Source of the DNA: Bdellovibrionota bacterium FG-2
Lineage (GTDB): Bacteria; Bdellovibrionota; UBA1018
Length of the DNA stretch: 16,013 nt
Direction of reading: 5' to 3'
Assembly (NCBI GenBank): GCA_051382305.1
Contig: JBBCAV010000058.1
Span: forward strand, 1 to 16,013
Shown here piece after piece: positions 1 through 8,301 of the stretch. Numbering within the stretch: the first letter of the stretch is position 1; each line of letters starts with the position of its first letter. The translations under genes were made by a program, and so were the position numbers. The notes under the pieces are model-generated. The model did not search any database and was not told where the DNA came from. It saw nothing but the letters and a program-made list of their open reading frames with translations.

Positions 1-84
1 AAAAATGAACTCTTCGACCCAAACTGGAAAAGGAGGGAAACATCGTTGGCACGGACGATACGAATGGCAGAGGCTTATGCGTAA
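1..84 (+). CDS. 3' end of a CDS running in from outside the window, possibly a transposase C-terminus
   Basis: Frame 1 is open from base 1 to TAA at 82-84 (KNELFDPNWKRRETSLARTIRMAEAYA*). It ends 18 nt before the point where the opposite-strand hydrolase ORF breaks. Too short to identify. Confidence 0.4.
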   Translation, partial: KNELFDPNWKRRETSLARTIRMAEAYA

Positions 85-102
85 AAATACCGATCACCTA
101 TG
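1..102. mobile_element. Putative insertion-sequence end, family uncertain (CAT tip as in some IS4-family elements)
   Basis: Read inward from 102 on the minus strand the sequence is CATAGGTGATCGGTATTTTTA. This coincides with the abrupt truncation of the alpha/beta hydrolase and closely follows a stop codon. The partner IR is not in the window. Confidence 0.35.
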
Positions 103-273
103 GCTGAAAATATAGGAATTCATGCCGTAGCCAGGCACAATCAATACCGGCCTACGCCCCTTTACGATACGCTTCTCATCCCAACTTTGATGAAGACACA
201 GATGCCAGCCGTCTTCATTGGAAACGAAGTGGCGAAGGGTCTTAAGTTCCAAGGTCGAAGAAAAAGAATTCAT
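94..273 (-). pseudogene. Truncated alpha/beta-fold hydrolase (lipase/esterase-like), N-terminal fragment only
   Basis: Hand translation gives MNSFSSTLELKTLRHFVSNEDGWHLCLHQSWDEKRIVKGRRPVLIVPGYGMNSYIFSHR* (59 aa, not in the ORF track). DGWxLxL...RPVLIVPGYGMNS resembles the first strands and oxyanion loop of alpha/beta hydrolases. Its ATG overlaps the upstream TGA (ATGA at 270-273). It stops long before a nucleophile elbow. Confidence 0.7.
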
Positions 274-935
274 CGAGCCATTCTCAGCAACTTCACTCGA
301 AGAGAACCATCGCCCAAAACAACAATAGCTTTTTCCGAAAACCCCTTCAAATTGAAATGCTGATTATCCAAGAAAAATCGAAGGAGGAAACTATTCGTAC
401 CCATTTCATACATAGAACTCTCGGCAAAGATCCTCAATACCCCCGGCACCCCACTGTTCACAATGGTCCGCTCGGGAAAAATCCCCATGCCTCCATCCTC
501 CACGACGCCGGGATTTGGAATCGAATTAAAAACAAAACGATTGATTAAGTTTTGGGCAAAAAACTGGCCAAATTGCGCCTGAATATTGCGTACGGCGATT
601 ATCAAATAGTCTTGGCCTTCAGTTTCGCCTTCAATATCTGGCTGATGCCCCACGCCTACCCATAAGTTTTCCCGGCCGCCGGCCCCTTCTCCCAGCATGT
701 AATAGCGATAGCCTTCGTCATTTTCGTTCCACAGATAAACAGCGTCTGAGGGATCTGAAATGGGCACAGAGCTTTGCTTACTCAACGTCAAATCAACCAC
801 CAAGGCTTGCGTATCCCCGCGCACATTCAGCGAGAGCGAATCCGAGCCTGCGACATGCGCAGCATGGGCCGCATAGCTGGACATTAAGCCCAAAATAAAG
901 CCCAAAACCAAAAGAATCCCTAACACGTTTCTCAT
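270..935 (-). CDS. Exported hypothetical protein (221 aa)
   Basis: N-terminal signal peptide (MRNVLGILLVLGFILGLMSSYAAHA), purine-rich RBS AAGGGGCAGG upstream, and coupled to the downstream ORF. No recognisable domain. Confidence 0.75.
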   Translation of the reverse strand: MRNVLGILLVLGFILGLMSSYAAHAAHVAGSDSLSLNVRGDTQALVVDLTLSKQSSVPISDPSDAVYLWNENDEGYRYYMLGEGAGGRENLWVGVGHQPDIEGETEGQDYLIIAVRNIQAQFGQFFAQNLINRFVFNSIPNPGVVEDGGMGIFPERTIVNSGVPGVLRIFAESSMYEMGTNSFLLRFFLDNQHFNLKGFSEKAIVVLGDGSLRVKLLRMAR

Positions 936-962
936 AAGTACCTGCCCCTTATAGGAGCAAAT

Positions 963-1313
963 CTACTGCGCTTTTAAGGGGGCGGCTACCGCTTTTTCAA
1001 CTCCGTGGTCAAAATACCGCTCCATGACTTTGTCGCCTTTTTCGTCATACTGCACCCAGGTGCCGTTTCGCTTTCCGTCCAAAAACTCGCCTTCTAGGGC
1101 TAACTTGCCACTTTGATAAGTCTGCACAAACTTGCCGTGATTGACGTAACGCCCGGAGGGGTCTTGCACTTTTTGACAACGCCTATCGCCACGAATCGAG
1201 GGGTTCCACGAAACGTCTCCGCCCTCAGAACAAGGCCGAGAAATAGAACAGGCGGAGCAGATCAACAAAACGTTCAGCAATACCATGGTTCCGAGCGCCC
1301 CAAAACACCTCAC
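963..1313 (-). CDS. Small putative lipoprotein with MORN-variant repeats (YwqK-like)
   Basis: Hydrophobic leader ending in a loose lipobox (LLICSAC), followed by HGKFVQTYQSGKLALEGEFLDGKRNGTWVQYDEKG, typical of MORN_2 repeats. GTG start overlaps the upstream TGA (1310-1313). Confidence 0.8.
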   Translation of the reverse strand: MRCFGALGTMVLLNVLLICSACSISRPCSEGGDVSWNPSIRGDRRCQKVQDPSGRYVNHGKFVQTYQSGKLALEGEFLDGKRNGTWVQYDEKGDKVMERYFDHGVEKAVAAPLKAQ

Positions 1314-2782
1314 GTTGCGCCTCGCGAAGCTCCACTCTTTGGAATCAACTCAATCCCGGGATCTTTCCACTCATAGAGTTCCCCAATTCTCCCCGTATTG
1401 CCGGGACGAATCCAAGCGAAGCACTTCTTACCATAAGGCTGGGTGCACTCCACGTCATGAAAAGCTGGCGACCAGGTCCCCGTATTCAAATACTCCACTC
1501 CTTCGACCTGAAGGTGCAATATGCGATGAATATGGCCCTGCACCACCCTCGACACACGCACGATACGTGCACTCAGGGGTGCGACATTAATTCCTTCAGT
1601 TTGATTGGCTTCAAGTTCAGACTCTACACTGCGTGCATAGAAGATAAAAAATGGTACGAGTAAAAAGATCGGCACCACGAACCACCAGAAGGAAACCTGG
1701 ACAATCACATTGAGCAGAGAAAAGAACTGAAAGCTCACGAAAAAAATCAAAACGAGAAAGATGGCACGATCGAGCCATAATTCTCGCATCACTTTGATCG
1801 GATTAAAGATCGCGGGATGCGCAAAAAGTTCACGCAAAGCCCAAAGCGCCTTAGGCGATGAATTAGAACGAGCAGAAATATCCTCAACGCGTGCGCCAAT
1901 CGTCAAAGGGTCCGTCATGGAGCGAAGCAGCCCTTCTTCAAGACTGTAAAAAAGAGTAACCAGAGCGCCCCAAAACCAAGTCCACAAAAGAAACGGCTGG
2001 GTGCGCATCAAGTAACGATAATAAAACTGCATGTACTCGGCAAACGAGCTTTTAATAAACGAACTATCCGCATGGGGATTCATGAGTCCAATACCATTGA
2101 TCATGAAACGCCCGGCCAGATTTCCAAAAGGCATTCGCACGTAAGCTCTTGTCCCCTTCTTTATCAACGGATTTACCGGATTTGGACAAACACAGTAGGC
2201 GTCATATTGATTGCCATGTTCTAACAACGTGTCTTGATTACTCACATAATACCATTCACAAAAACGTACGAAACCTGAAAATTCCGCAGGGAGGGCAATA
2301 GCATCAAGAACATCTTGTCGCACCGTAGGCCAATGAAGCTCCAAATCGTGATTTCCCAAAACGAAAACGACGCGGTTGCCCTTCATTACAAAGTTTCGAA
2401 GCGCCTCAACAAAAACGGGGTGATCCCCTAAAATGACTTGAATCTTAAAGCGCGACTTCACCTCTTCTGCGGATAAGCCACGCCGGCGCTCAAGCCAACT
2501 CGTCCTCATGCTTCGATCTTTCGGCAGCGCCAGCACCGAATCAAAATCAAAAATGTCGCCATTAAGCACAAGCTCCGTGTTCGGGCTGGTTTCTCGGGAC
2601 ATAAACTCCAAAAATCGCTTAATACTTTCGTCGACAAAATAGCTCGACCGTTTAAACCGTTTCCAAAGCGGATTAGAGGGGTGTGGTTTTTCAGCGTCGG
2701 ATAAATGAATATCGCTAATGACAAGCGTGTGCTCCGCTTTTGAATAATCCACGACCAAACACATATCAGCTTCACGAGTCAT
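1310..2782 (-). CDS. Calcineurin-like metallophosphoesterase with internal transmembrane segments
   Basis: All five motifs are present: ISDIHL, LNGDIFD, LGNHD, EHGNQYD and GHIH. A hydrophobic hairpin (AIFLVLIFFVSFQFFSLLNVIVQVSFWWFVVPIFLLVPFFIFY) lies between motifs IV and V. Exact start codon uncertain. Confidence 0.88.
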   Translation of the reverse strand: MTREADMCLVVDYSKAEHTLVISDIHLSDAEKPHPSNPLWKRFKRSSYFVDESIKRFLEFMSRETSPNTELVLNGDIFDFDSVLALPKDRSMRTSWLERRRGLSAEEVKSRFKIQVILGDHPVFVEALRNFVMKGNRVVFVLGNHDLELHWPTVRQDVLDAIALPAEFSGFVRFCEWYYVSNQDTLLEHGNQYDAYCVCPNPVNPLIKKGTRAYVRMPFGNLAGRFMINGIGLMNPHADSSFIKSSFAEYMQFYYRYLMRTQPFLLWTWFWGALVTLFYSLEEGLLRSMTDPLTIGARVEDISARSNSSPKALWALRELFAHPAIFNPIKVMRELWLDRAIFLVLIFFVSFQFFSLLNVIVQVSFWWFVVPIFLLVPFFIFYARSVESELEANQTEGINVAPLSARIVRVSRVVQGHIHRILHLQVEGVEYLNTGTWSPAFHDVECTQPYGKKCFAWIRPGNTGRIGELYEWKDPGIELIPKSGASRGAT

Positions 2783-3247
2783 TTCTGCACCTATGGCTAA
2801 TCCTACGGTCTATTTACAGACAGAGCAAATACTTCATACCCAAGCGGGCTGTTCGACTGGACAACGTGGTTTCCTTTGGGAAATGGAAAAATCTTCGAAG
2901 AAGACTTTCAATGGCGTGGTTGGTGGAGTTTCTCCTGCAGCTCCATCACACGGCATAAATTTTAACAGCCACTTTCGGATTAAGTGCAGGGGTATAAGCT
3001 GTTGCAGAATGGGAACAGCGGCTCACAGAAACCTCAATTTATGAAGTAATAGAGTGGGAGCTTCGTCTCGGAAACCTGATTGCAATCCTCACACATAAAG
3101 TAAATGCTTATAATTTCAAACACATAATGGATGACGCACGCACTCCTGTCGCGATACAGGCCTTATGATCAAAATAGTCAAACATTTGATGTTACATTGG
3201 TTAGCCCTTCAGGGCGATAACCCCCCGACTACGACTTGAATTTCAGG

Positions 3248-3276
3248 TTGAATTAGAAGATAAATTGGTCTAAGGT
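3248..3276 (+). promoter_or_regulatory. Putative sigma70-type promoter of the pan/coa operon
   Basis: TTGAAT (3248-3253), 17-nt spacer, TAAGGT (3271-3276), ending 23 nt before the ATG at 3300. Confidence 0.4.
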
Positions 3277-3299
3277 TCTAAAATTACGGACTTGATCCT

Positions 3300-4043
3300 A
3301 TGCGGCAGGTACCACTTTTCTCGCAGTTTGCAGTTTTGGGCGGCGGCCGTATGGCCCGTCATACTGCTCATTATCTTAAGCTCCTCAATCTCCCCTTCAT
3401 CACTTGGAATCGCACTCAAGACCTCCGCGCCCTTACGAATTGCCTAACTAACTCATCCCACATTCTCATCTTGGTCGCGGATTCGGCCATCGATGAAGTG
3501 GCTCTTAAAGCAAAATCGCTTTTGAATGAAACCGAAGTTGGTGAAAAAACTTGGGTTCATTTTTCGGGATGCCTCACCACCCCGCATGCTATTGGCGCGC
3601 ACCCGCTCTCAAGCTTTTCGGACGCGCTGTTTAATCAAGAGCGATACAGCCAAATTCCCTTCATGATCGAAACGCCCCATAAATTGGCTGATCTGCTCCC
3701 AGGGCTCCCCAACCCCGAATACGGAATTGACCCAAAATTAAAACCTCTCTACCACAGCCTGTGCGTCTTAAGCGGAAACTTTACAACGATCCTTTGGGGC
3801 AAATTATTTGGCGAACTCAAAGACAGCTTTGGAATTCCTCCTCAAGCATCTCTTCCCTATCTTCGTGCGATTTTTGATAACCTGGAGACCAACGCCCTTC
3901 AAGACAGAAAAATTCCGCTAACCGGCCCCCTCGCAAGAGGGGATACGGCTACCATTAATGCAAACCTAACGGCGCTCGCAAATGATCCCTTTGAAGGCGT
4001 TTATCAGGCTTTTGTGAAACTATTTAATAAAGGAGCAACCTAA
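3300..4043 (+). CDS. panG: Rossmann-like/DUF2520 oxidoreductase, putative PanG-type ketopantoate reductase
   Basis: N-terminal VLGGGRMA dinucleotide-binding motif, VHFSG, HPL, YHSLCVLSGNF and LTGPLARGD, as in DUF2520 proteins. First gene of the panBC operon with a TAATG overlap to panB. Confidence 0.8.
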   Translation: MRQVPLFSQFAVLGGGRMARHTAHYLKLLNLPFITWNRTQDLRALTNCLTNSSHILILVADSAIDEVALKAKSLLNETEVGEKTWVHFSGCLTTPHAIGAHPLSSFSDALFNQERYSQIPFMIETPHKLADLLPGLPNPEYGIDPKLKPLYHSLCVLSGNFTTILWGKLFGELKDSFGIPPQASLPYLRAIFDNLETNALQDRKIPLTGPLARGDTATINANLTALANDPFEGVYQAFVKLFNKGAT

Positions 4044-4858
4044 TGACGACCACACCTAAGACCGCTTTAACGGCCCAAGATTTCAAAAACCTCGCAAACA
4101 TCGGCCACAAAATTTCGATGGTCACGGCCTACGATACTTGGAGCGCGCGAATCATCAATGAATCAAAAATAGATTGCATCTTAGTGGGCGACAGCGGAGC
4201 GATGGTCATGCATGGCTTTTCAACGACCCTTCCCGCTACCTCCGAACTCATGGCTCTTCACACGGCCGCGGTGGCTCGCGGCGCGCCGAACAAGTTCATC
4301 ATCGGCGACATGCCGTTTTTATCTTATCGAAAAGGGCTGCGTGATGCCATGAATTGCGTCGAAGCGTTGATGCGCGCAGGAGCGCATTGTGTGAAACTTG
4401 AGGGCGTTGAAGGACACGAATCGATTGTCTCTCACATCGTGCAATCCGGAGTTCCCGTGATGGGTCACTTGGGCCTTACCCCCCAATCCGTCAACAGCTT
4501 GGGCGGAATGAAAGTTCAAGCCAAACAATCTGCCGAAGCGCTGCGCTTGATTACAAATGCCAAGAAGCTTCAGGAATTGGGCTGCTTTTCACTCGTCTTA
4601 GAATGTGTCCCCTCTGAGGTCGCCCGAGAAGTCACCGCCGCCTTGAGTATCCCCACCATTGGAATCGGCGCAGGCCCTCACACCTCGGGCCAAGTCTTAG
4701 TCCTGCAAGACTTGCTAGGAACGAACCCCGGTTTCAAACCAAAGTTTCTTCGCACTTACCTGGACCTAAACGCCTTGATGCGCGATGCACTCAATCATTT
4801 TGACCGTGATGTAAAAGATGCAGAGTTTCCCTCAGAAAGAGAGAGTTATACGTCGTGA
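4043..4858 (+). CDS. panB: 3-methyl-2-oxobutanoate hydroxymethyltransferase
   Basis: Motifs MVTAYD, ILVGDS, GDMPFLSY, VKLEG, GHLGLTPQ, PTIGIGAG and GQVLV. Confidence 0.97.
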   Translation: MTTTPKTALTAQDFKNLANIGHKISMVTAYDTWSARIINESKIDCILVGDSGAMVMHGFSTTLPATSELMALHTAAVARGAPNKFIIGDMPFLSYRKGLRDAMNCVEALMRAGAHCVKLEGVEGHESIVSHIVQSGVPVMGHLGLTPQSVNSLGGMKVQAKQSAEALRLITNAKKLQELGCFSLVLECVPSEVAREVTAALSIPTIGIGAGPHTSGQVLVLQDLLGTNPGFKPKFLRTYLDLNALMRDALNHFDRDVKDAEFPSERESYTS

Positions 4859-5616
4859 AGCAACCTAAATTGATCAAAACTGTTTCGGAATTGCGTGAAG
4901 TACGACGCTCCATATCCCAGGATTTGGGCTTCGTTCCTACGATGGGAGCATTGCATGAAGGACATGCCTCCTTGATGAGAAAATGCGTCTCCGAAAACTC
5001 ACTTTCGGTCTTGAGCATTTTTGTGAACCCCACTCAATTTGATAACTCGGAGGATCTGAGTCGCTACCCGGCGACGCTCGACACCGATCTGATGCTTGCG
5101 GGCGAATGTGGCATTGACTATGTCTTCGCGCCCACCGCCCAGGAGCTTTACCCTGATGGCTATAAGTTTCGCGTGCGGGAAACGGAGTTCAGCAAAACTC
5201 TGTGCGGGGCTTTTCGGCCCGGACATTTTGAAGGGGTGTTGAGCGTTGTTTTGAAACTCTTGAACATAGTTCAAGCAACCCGCGCGTATTTTGGCGAAAA
5301 AGACTATCAACAGTTTCAACTCATTCGGGATATGGCCCAAGCGTTTTTTATCCCGACTCAAATCTCCCCCTGTCCCACGATTCGAAATAGCGACGGGCTC
5401 GCTTTAAGCTCCCGCAATCGGTTTCTAAATCCCGAGCAAAGTGCGCATGCCAAACATTTCCCGCTGCTGCTGGCCTCTGAATTTTCTCCCGATGAAGTCA
5501 AGGCGGCGCTGGAGATGATTGGCTTCAAAGTGGATTATATCAAAAACGAAGGCGCGCGACGCTACGGCGCGGTTTACCTAGGAAACGTGAGGTTGATCGA
5601 CAATGTTGCACGTTAA
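4855..5616 (+). CDS. panC: Pantoate--beta-alanine ligase
   Basis: GFVPTMGALHEGH, SIFVNPTQF, RPGHFEGV, FGEKDYQQ, GLALSSRN and RLIDN. GTGA overlap with panB. Confidence 0.97.
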   Translation: MKQPKLIKTVSELREVRRSISQDLGFVPTMGALHEGHASLMRKCVSENSLSVLSIFVNPTQFDNSEDLSRYPATLDTDLMLAGECGIDYVFAPTAQELYPDGYKFRVRETEFSKTLCGAFRPGHFEGVLSVVLKLLNIVQATRAYFGEKDYQQFQLIRDMAQAFFIPTQISPCPTIRNSDGLALSSRNRFLNPEQSAHAKHFPLLLASEFSPDEVKAALEMIGFKVDYIKNEGARRYGAVYLGNVRLIDNVAR

Positions 5617-6832
5617 TTTTCATCTCTCAGGATCGATTGCAGCTTTTAAAGCGTGCGAAGTGATATCGGCGCTAATCAAGCAGGGACACGAAGTGCAAAC
5701 GATTTGCACACCTTCGGCACTTAAGTTTGTCGGCTCAGCCACCCTAGAAGGGCTCACAGGAAAGCCTGTTCTGAGCGACCTTTTTGCAGCGGGCCGGAAC
5801 TTGGATCATATTCGGCTGGTCAAATGGGCAGACCTCTCGATCGTTTGTCCCGCCACGGCTAATCTTATCAATAAATTAGCCGCAGGGATTGCGGACACTC
5901 CAACGGGCGCCCTGTTCTTAGCTCATGATTTTTCAAAACCCTGGCTCCTGGCGCCCGCAATGAACCCGGCGATGTATGGGCATTCCATTACTCAGGCTTC
6001 ACTAGAGAAATTGAAAAAGCTGGGCGTCCAAATCCTTAAACCCGCCAACGGGCGCGTTGCCTGCGGAGACGAGGGCGAAGGCCGGCTGCTTGAACCGCAG
6101 GAGATTTTGAATGAGATTGCAAAGGCCGCTTCAAGTGTTTGCTTGCAATCCCCCATTCAACCACGCCGAATCATCATTACTGCCGGAGGAACTCGCGAAC
6201 CCATTGATGGCGTAAGATACATTAGCAACCTAAGCTCCGGTGCCACCGGTGCTGTGATTTCCGATGAGTTGCTCAAATGTGGCCATCAGGTGGTCTACCT
6301 TCATGGCGAAAACGCAAAAAAACCAACGCGTTCGTGCGAGCAGTACGTTTTCGGGGGGTTCACGGATCTCGATCATCAGTTGAAGACCTTGCTGGGGACT
6401 CGGCCTTTTGATGCCATCATTCACCTTGCGGCAGTGAGCGATTTTTCGGTGGAGCAGATCGAAGTACAGGGCAAGCGATATTCACCGGAACATTTTGGCA
6501 AACTCTCATCAAGCGCAGCGCCAACGCTTCATCTGAAGAGGAACTTCAAGATTGTTGACCGTATCCGTGGCTATAGCAAAAATGAGCGTGCGAAAATCAT
6601 CGCTTTCAAACTCACCCATACTGCAGACCCCAAACAGCAAGAACTAGCCATCCACCGACTTTGGGAATCTTCAAAGGCAGACCTCATTGTCCACAATGAT
6701 GTCTCCGGGATTCAGGGAGATCAGCATCAAGGCGCCATTTACGCGGGCAAGCAAGTGCTTACACAATTCCAAACGAAGACCCAACTTGCTCAGGCTTTGG
6801 TTCATTTTATCGAAGAAGGAGAGGCTCTATGA
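5603..6832 (+). CDS. coaBC: Bifunctional phosphopantothenoylcysteine decarboxylase/synthetase
   Basis: CoaC half: [30 protein letters not shown]. CoaB half: [27 protein letters not shown]. Confidence 0.95.
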   Translation: MLHVNFHLSGSIAAFKACEVISALIKQGHEVQTICTPSALKFVGSATLEGLTGKPVLSDLFAAGRNLDHIRLVKWADLSIVCPATANLINKLAAGIADTPTGALFLAHDFSKPWLLAPAMNPAMYGHSITQASLEKLKKLGVQILKPANGRVACGDEGEGRLLEPQEILNEIAKAASSVCLQSPIQPRRIIITAGGTREPIDGVRYISNLSSGATGAVISDELLKCGHQVVYLHGENAKKPTRSCEQYVFGGFTDLDHQLKTLLGTRPFDAIIHLAAVSDFSVEQIEVQGKRYSPEHFGKLSSSAAPTLHLKRNFKIVDRIRGYSKNERAKIIAFKLTHTADPKQQELAIHRLWESSKADLIVHNDVSGIQGDQHQGAIYAGKQVLTQFQTKTQLAQALVHFIEEGEAL

Positions 6833-7599
6833 TTCTCACACTTGATGTCGGCAACAGCCATATTTACGGGGGCGTTTTTGAATGCGACAAGCTGCGCACG
6901 ACGTTTCGAAAGAAGACCGCACACGGTTCTTCTTCAGATGAAATGGGGCTTTTTCTGCGCTCCGTTTTACGAGAAAATGGTGTCGATCCTGGGGGGATTC
7001 AACGCGTCGCTGTTTGCTCGGTCGTCCCCGATCTCGTGCACTCGCTCAAGAATTGCTGCCTCAAATATTTTCGAGGTGCGCCCTTTATTCTACAGCCTGG
7101 TGTCAAGACAGGGCTTAAGATCAAATATCGCAATCCTCTTGAAGTCGGCTCCGATCGCATTGCCACGGCGATTGCGGCAACGCACCTTTATCCGGGCAAG
7201 AATCTAATCGTCATTGATTTTGGAACTGCGACCACCTTTTGTGCCATCACTGCAGACAAGGACTATCTAGGCGGCGTGATTGTCGCAGGCCTTCGAATTT
7301 CAATGGAAGCTCTAGAATCCAAGACCGCACGATTACCCTCCGTCGAAATCGTCGTCCCCGAGGCGGCCATCGGGCGATCCACGATTGAGAGCATTCAATC
7401 AGGGCTCTATTATGGAGCCATTGGGATGGTCAAAGAAATCACCTCCCGAATTTCTAAAGAGGCTTTTAGCGGGGAAAAACCCGTCATTATAGGCACAGGG
7501 GGGTTTGCAAGCCTGCTGGACCGGGCGGAGGTTTTCGACCTGGAACTCCCCAATCTAGTACTTAAGGGGATCTATCTGGCGGCGCAAATGAATGCATAA
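6829..7599 (+). CDS. coaX: Type III pantothenate kinase
   Basis: [29 protein letters not shown] and GTGG. ATGA overlap with coaBC. Confidence 0.96.
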   Translation: MILTLDVGNSHIYGGVFECDKLRTTFRKKTAHGSSSDEMGLFLRSVLRENGVDPGGIQRVAVCSVVPDLVHSLKNCCLKYFRGAPFILQPGVKTGLKIKYRNPLEVGSDRIATAIAATHLYPGKNLIVIDFGTATTFCAITADKDYLGGVIVAGLRISMEALESKTARLPSVEIVVPEAAIGRSTIESIQSGLYYGAIGMVKEITSRISKEAFSGEKPVIIGTGGFASLLDRAEVFDLELPNLVLKGIYLAAQMNA

Positions 7600-7693
7600 G
7601 ATAAAAGGCATAAAAAGGCTTGCATTTAATGACGCCATGCGGTAATGGTGCAGTCTGGCCCCCCGCTCGAGGGGGTCCTGATGAGGTAAAGAT

Positions 7694-8191
7694 ATGTTAG
7701 ACCTAAACTTTCTCAACCGCTGGCTCAACCGCCGGATACTTGCATCAAGCCTCATCGCTTTGGCGATCACTGGCTTTGCTTCAGCTCAGGACGTCCCCCC
7801 TTCCATTCAAACAGCATTTGTCGATTTTCTTCATTGTAAGCAGAATCCATCTCTTATTGCGGCACACAAACTTGAACCCATCGCCCTAAAATTCCCCGGG
7901 TCGCTTGAATTCTTCACCGAAGTGGTTCCTACTTCACCGCAGGCAAACGACGCGCTTCTCATTGAAACATTTTCACTTCCCCTTGCAACGCGCACGGGTA
8001 AGAAACTCGCGATCCCTCTTAGACTTGAGCTCACCCCCTCCCATGGGATAGGTGTTTCGTCGAGCGGTCATACCGTATTTAGTTTTCCACGAAATAGCTC
8101 TGTGCTTTCCGGAGCCGCGTTTCTCAGCGCGACGCTAACACTTGACGGCATCACCGAAAACTATAGCTGCACACTTGCTAGCGAAGAGTAA
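7694..8191 (+). CDS. Exported hypothetical protein (165 aa)
   Basis: GAGG RBS upstream of the ATG, signal peptide RRILASSLIALAITGFASA-Q, and two Cys in the mature part. Fills the gap between coaX and the HD-GYP gene. Confidence 0.7.
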   Translation: MLDLNFLNRWLNRRILASSLIALAITGFASAQDVPPSIQTAFVDFLHCKQNPSLIAAHKLEPIALKFPGSLEFFTEVVPTSPQANDALLIETFSLPLATRTGKKLAIPLRLELTPSHGIGVSSSGHTVFSFPRNSSVLSGAAFLSATLTLDGITENYSCTLASEE

Positions 8192-8301
8192 ATCTCCTTC
8201 GTCACAATCTTGACGCAATCTCCATAATAGTGGATGTGTCTGAAAATACTCATCCGGAATTTCTAAAAAATCCGCTATACTGTGATTATAACGGAGACAC
8301 C

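Noticed and set aside
963..1313. YwqK-like protein as the antitoxin of a toxin-immunity pair
   Set aside because: MORN-variant repeats are generic, and no adjacent toxin-like gene is recognisable.
3005..3035. GGGAA-containing segment resembling a cobalamin riboswitch
   Set aside because: No B12-box (GCCACUG) or correctly placed downstream conserved elements.
2793..3044. 83-aa ORF (and 2740-2958 ORF) in the intergenic region
   Set aside because: It starts 10 nt from the divergent gene start with no RBS, and has no recognisable protein features.
7600..7690. Fluoride-riboswitch-like words (GGTAATGGTG, TAATGACGCC, CTGATGA)
   Set aside because: The elements are in the wrong order, the pseudoknot pairing is absent, and no fluoride-related gene lies downstream.
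7651..7712. Hammerhead-like CTGATGAG after a hairpin
   Set aside because: The required GAAA is TAAA, stem III is only about 3 bp, and the cleavage triplet is out of register.
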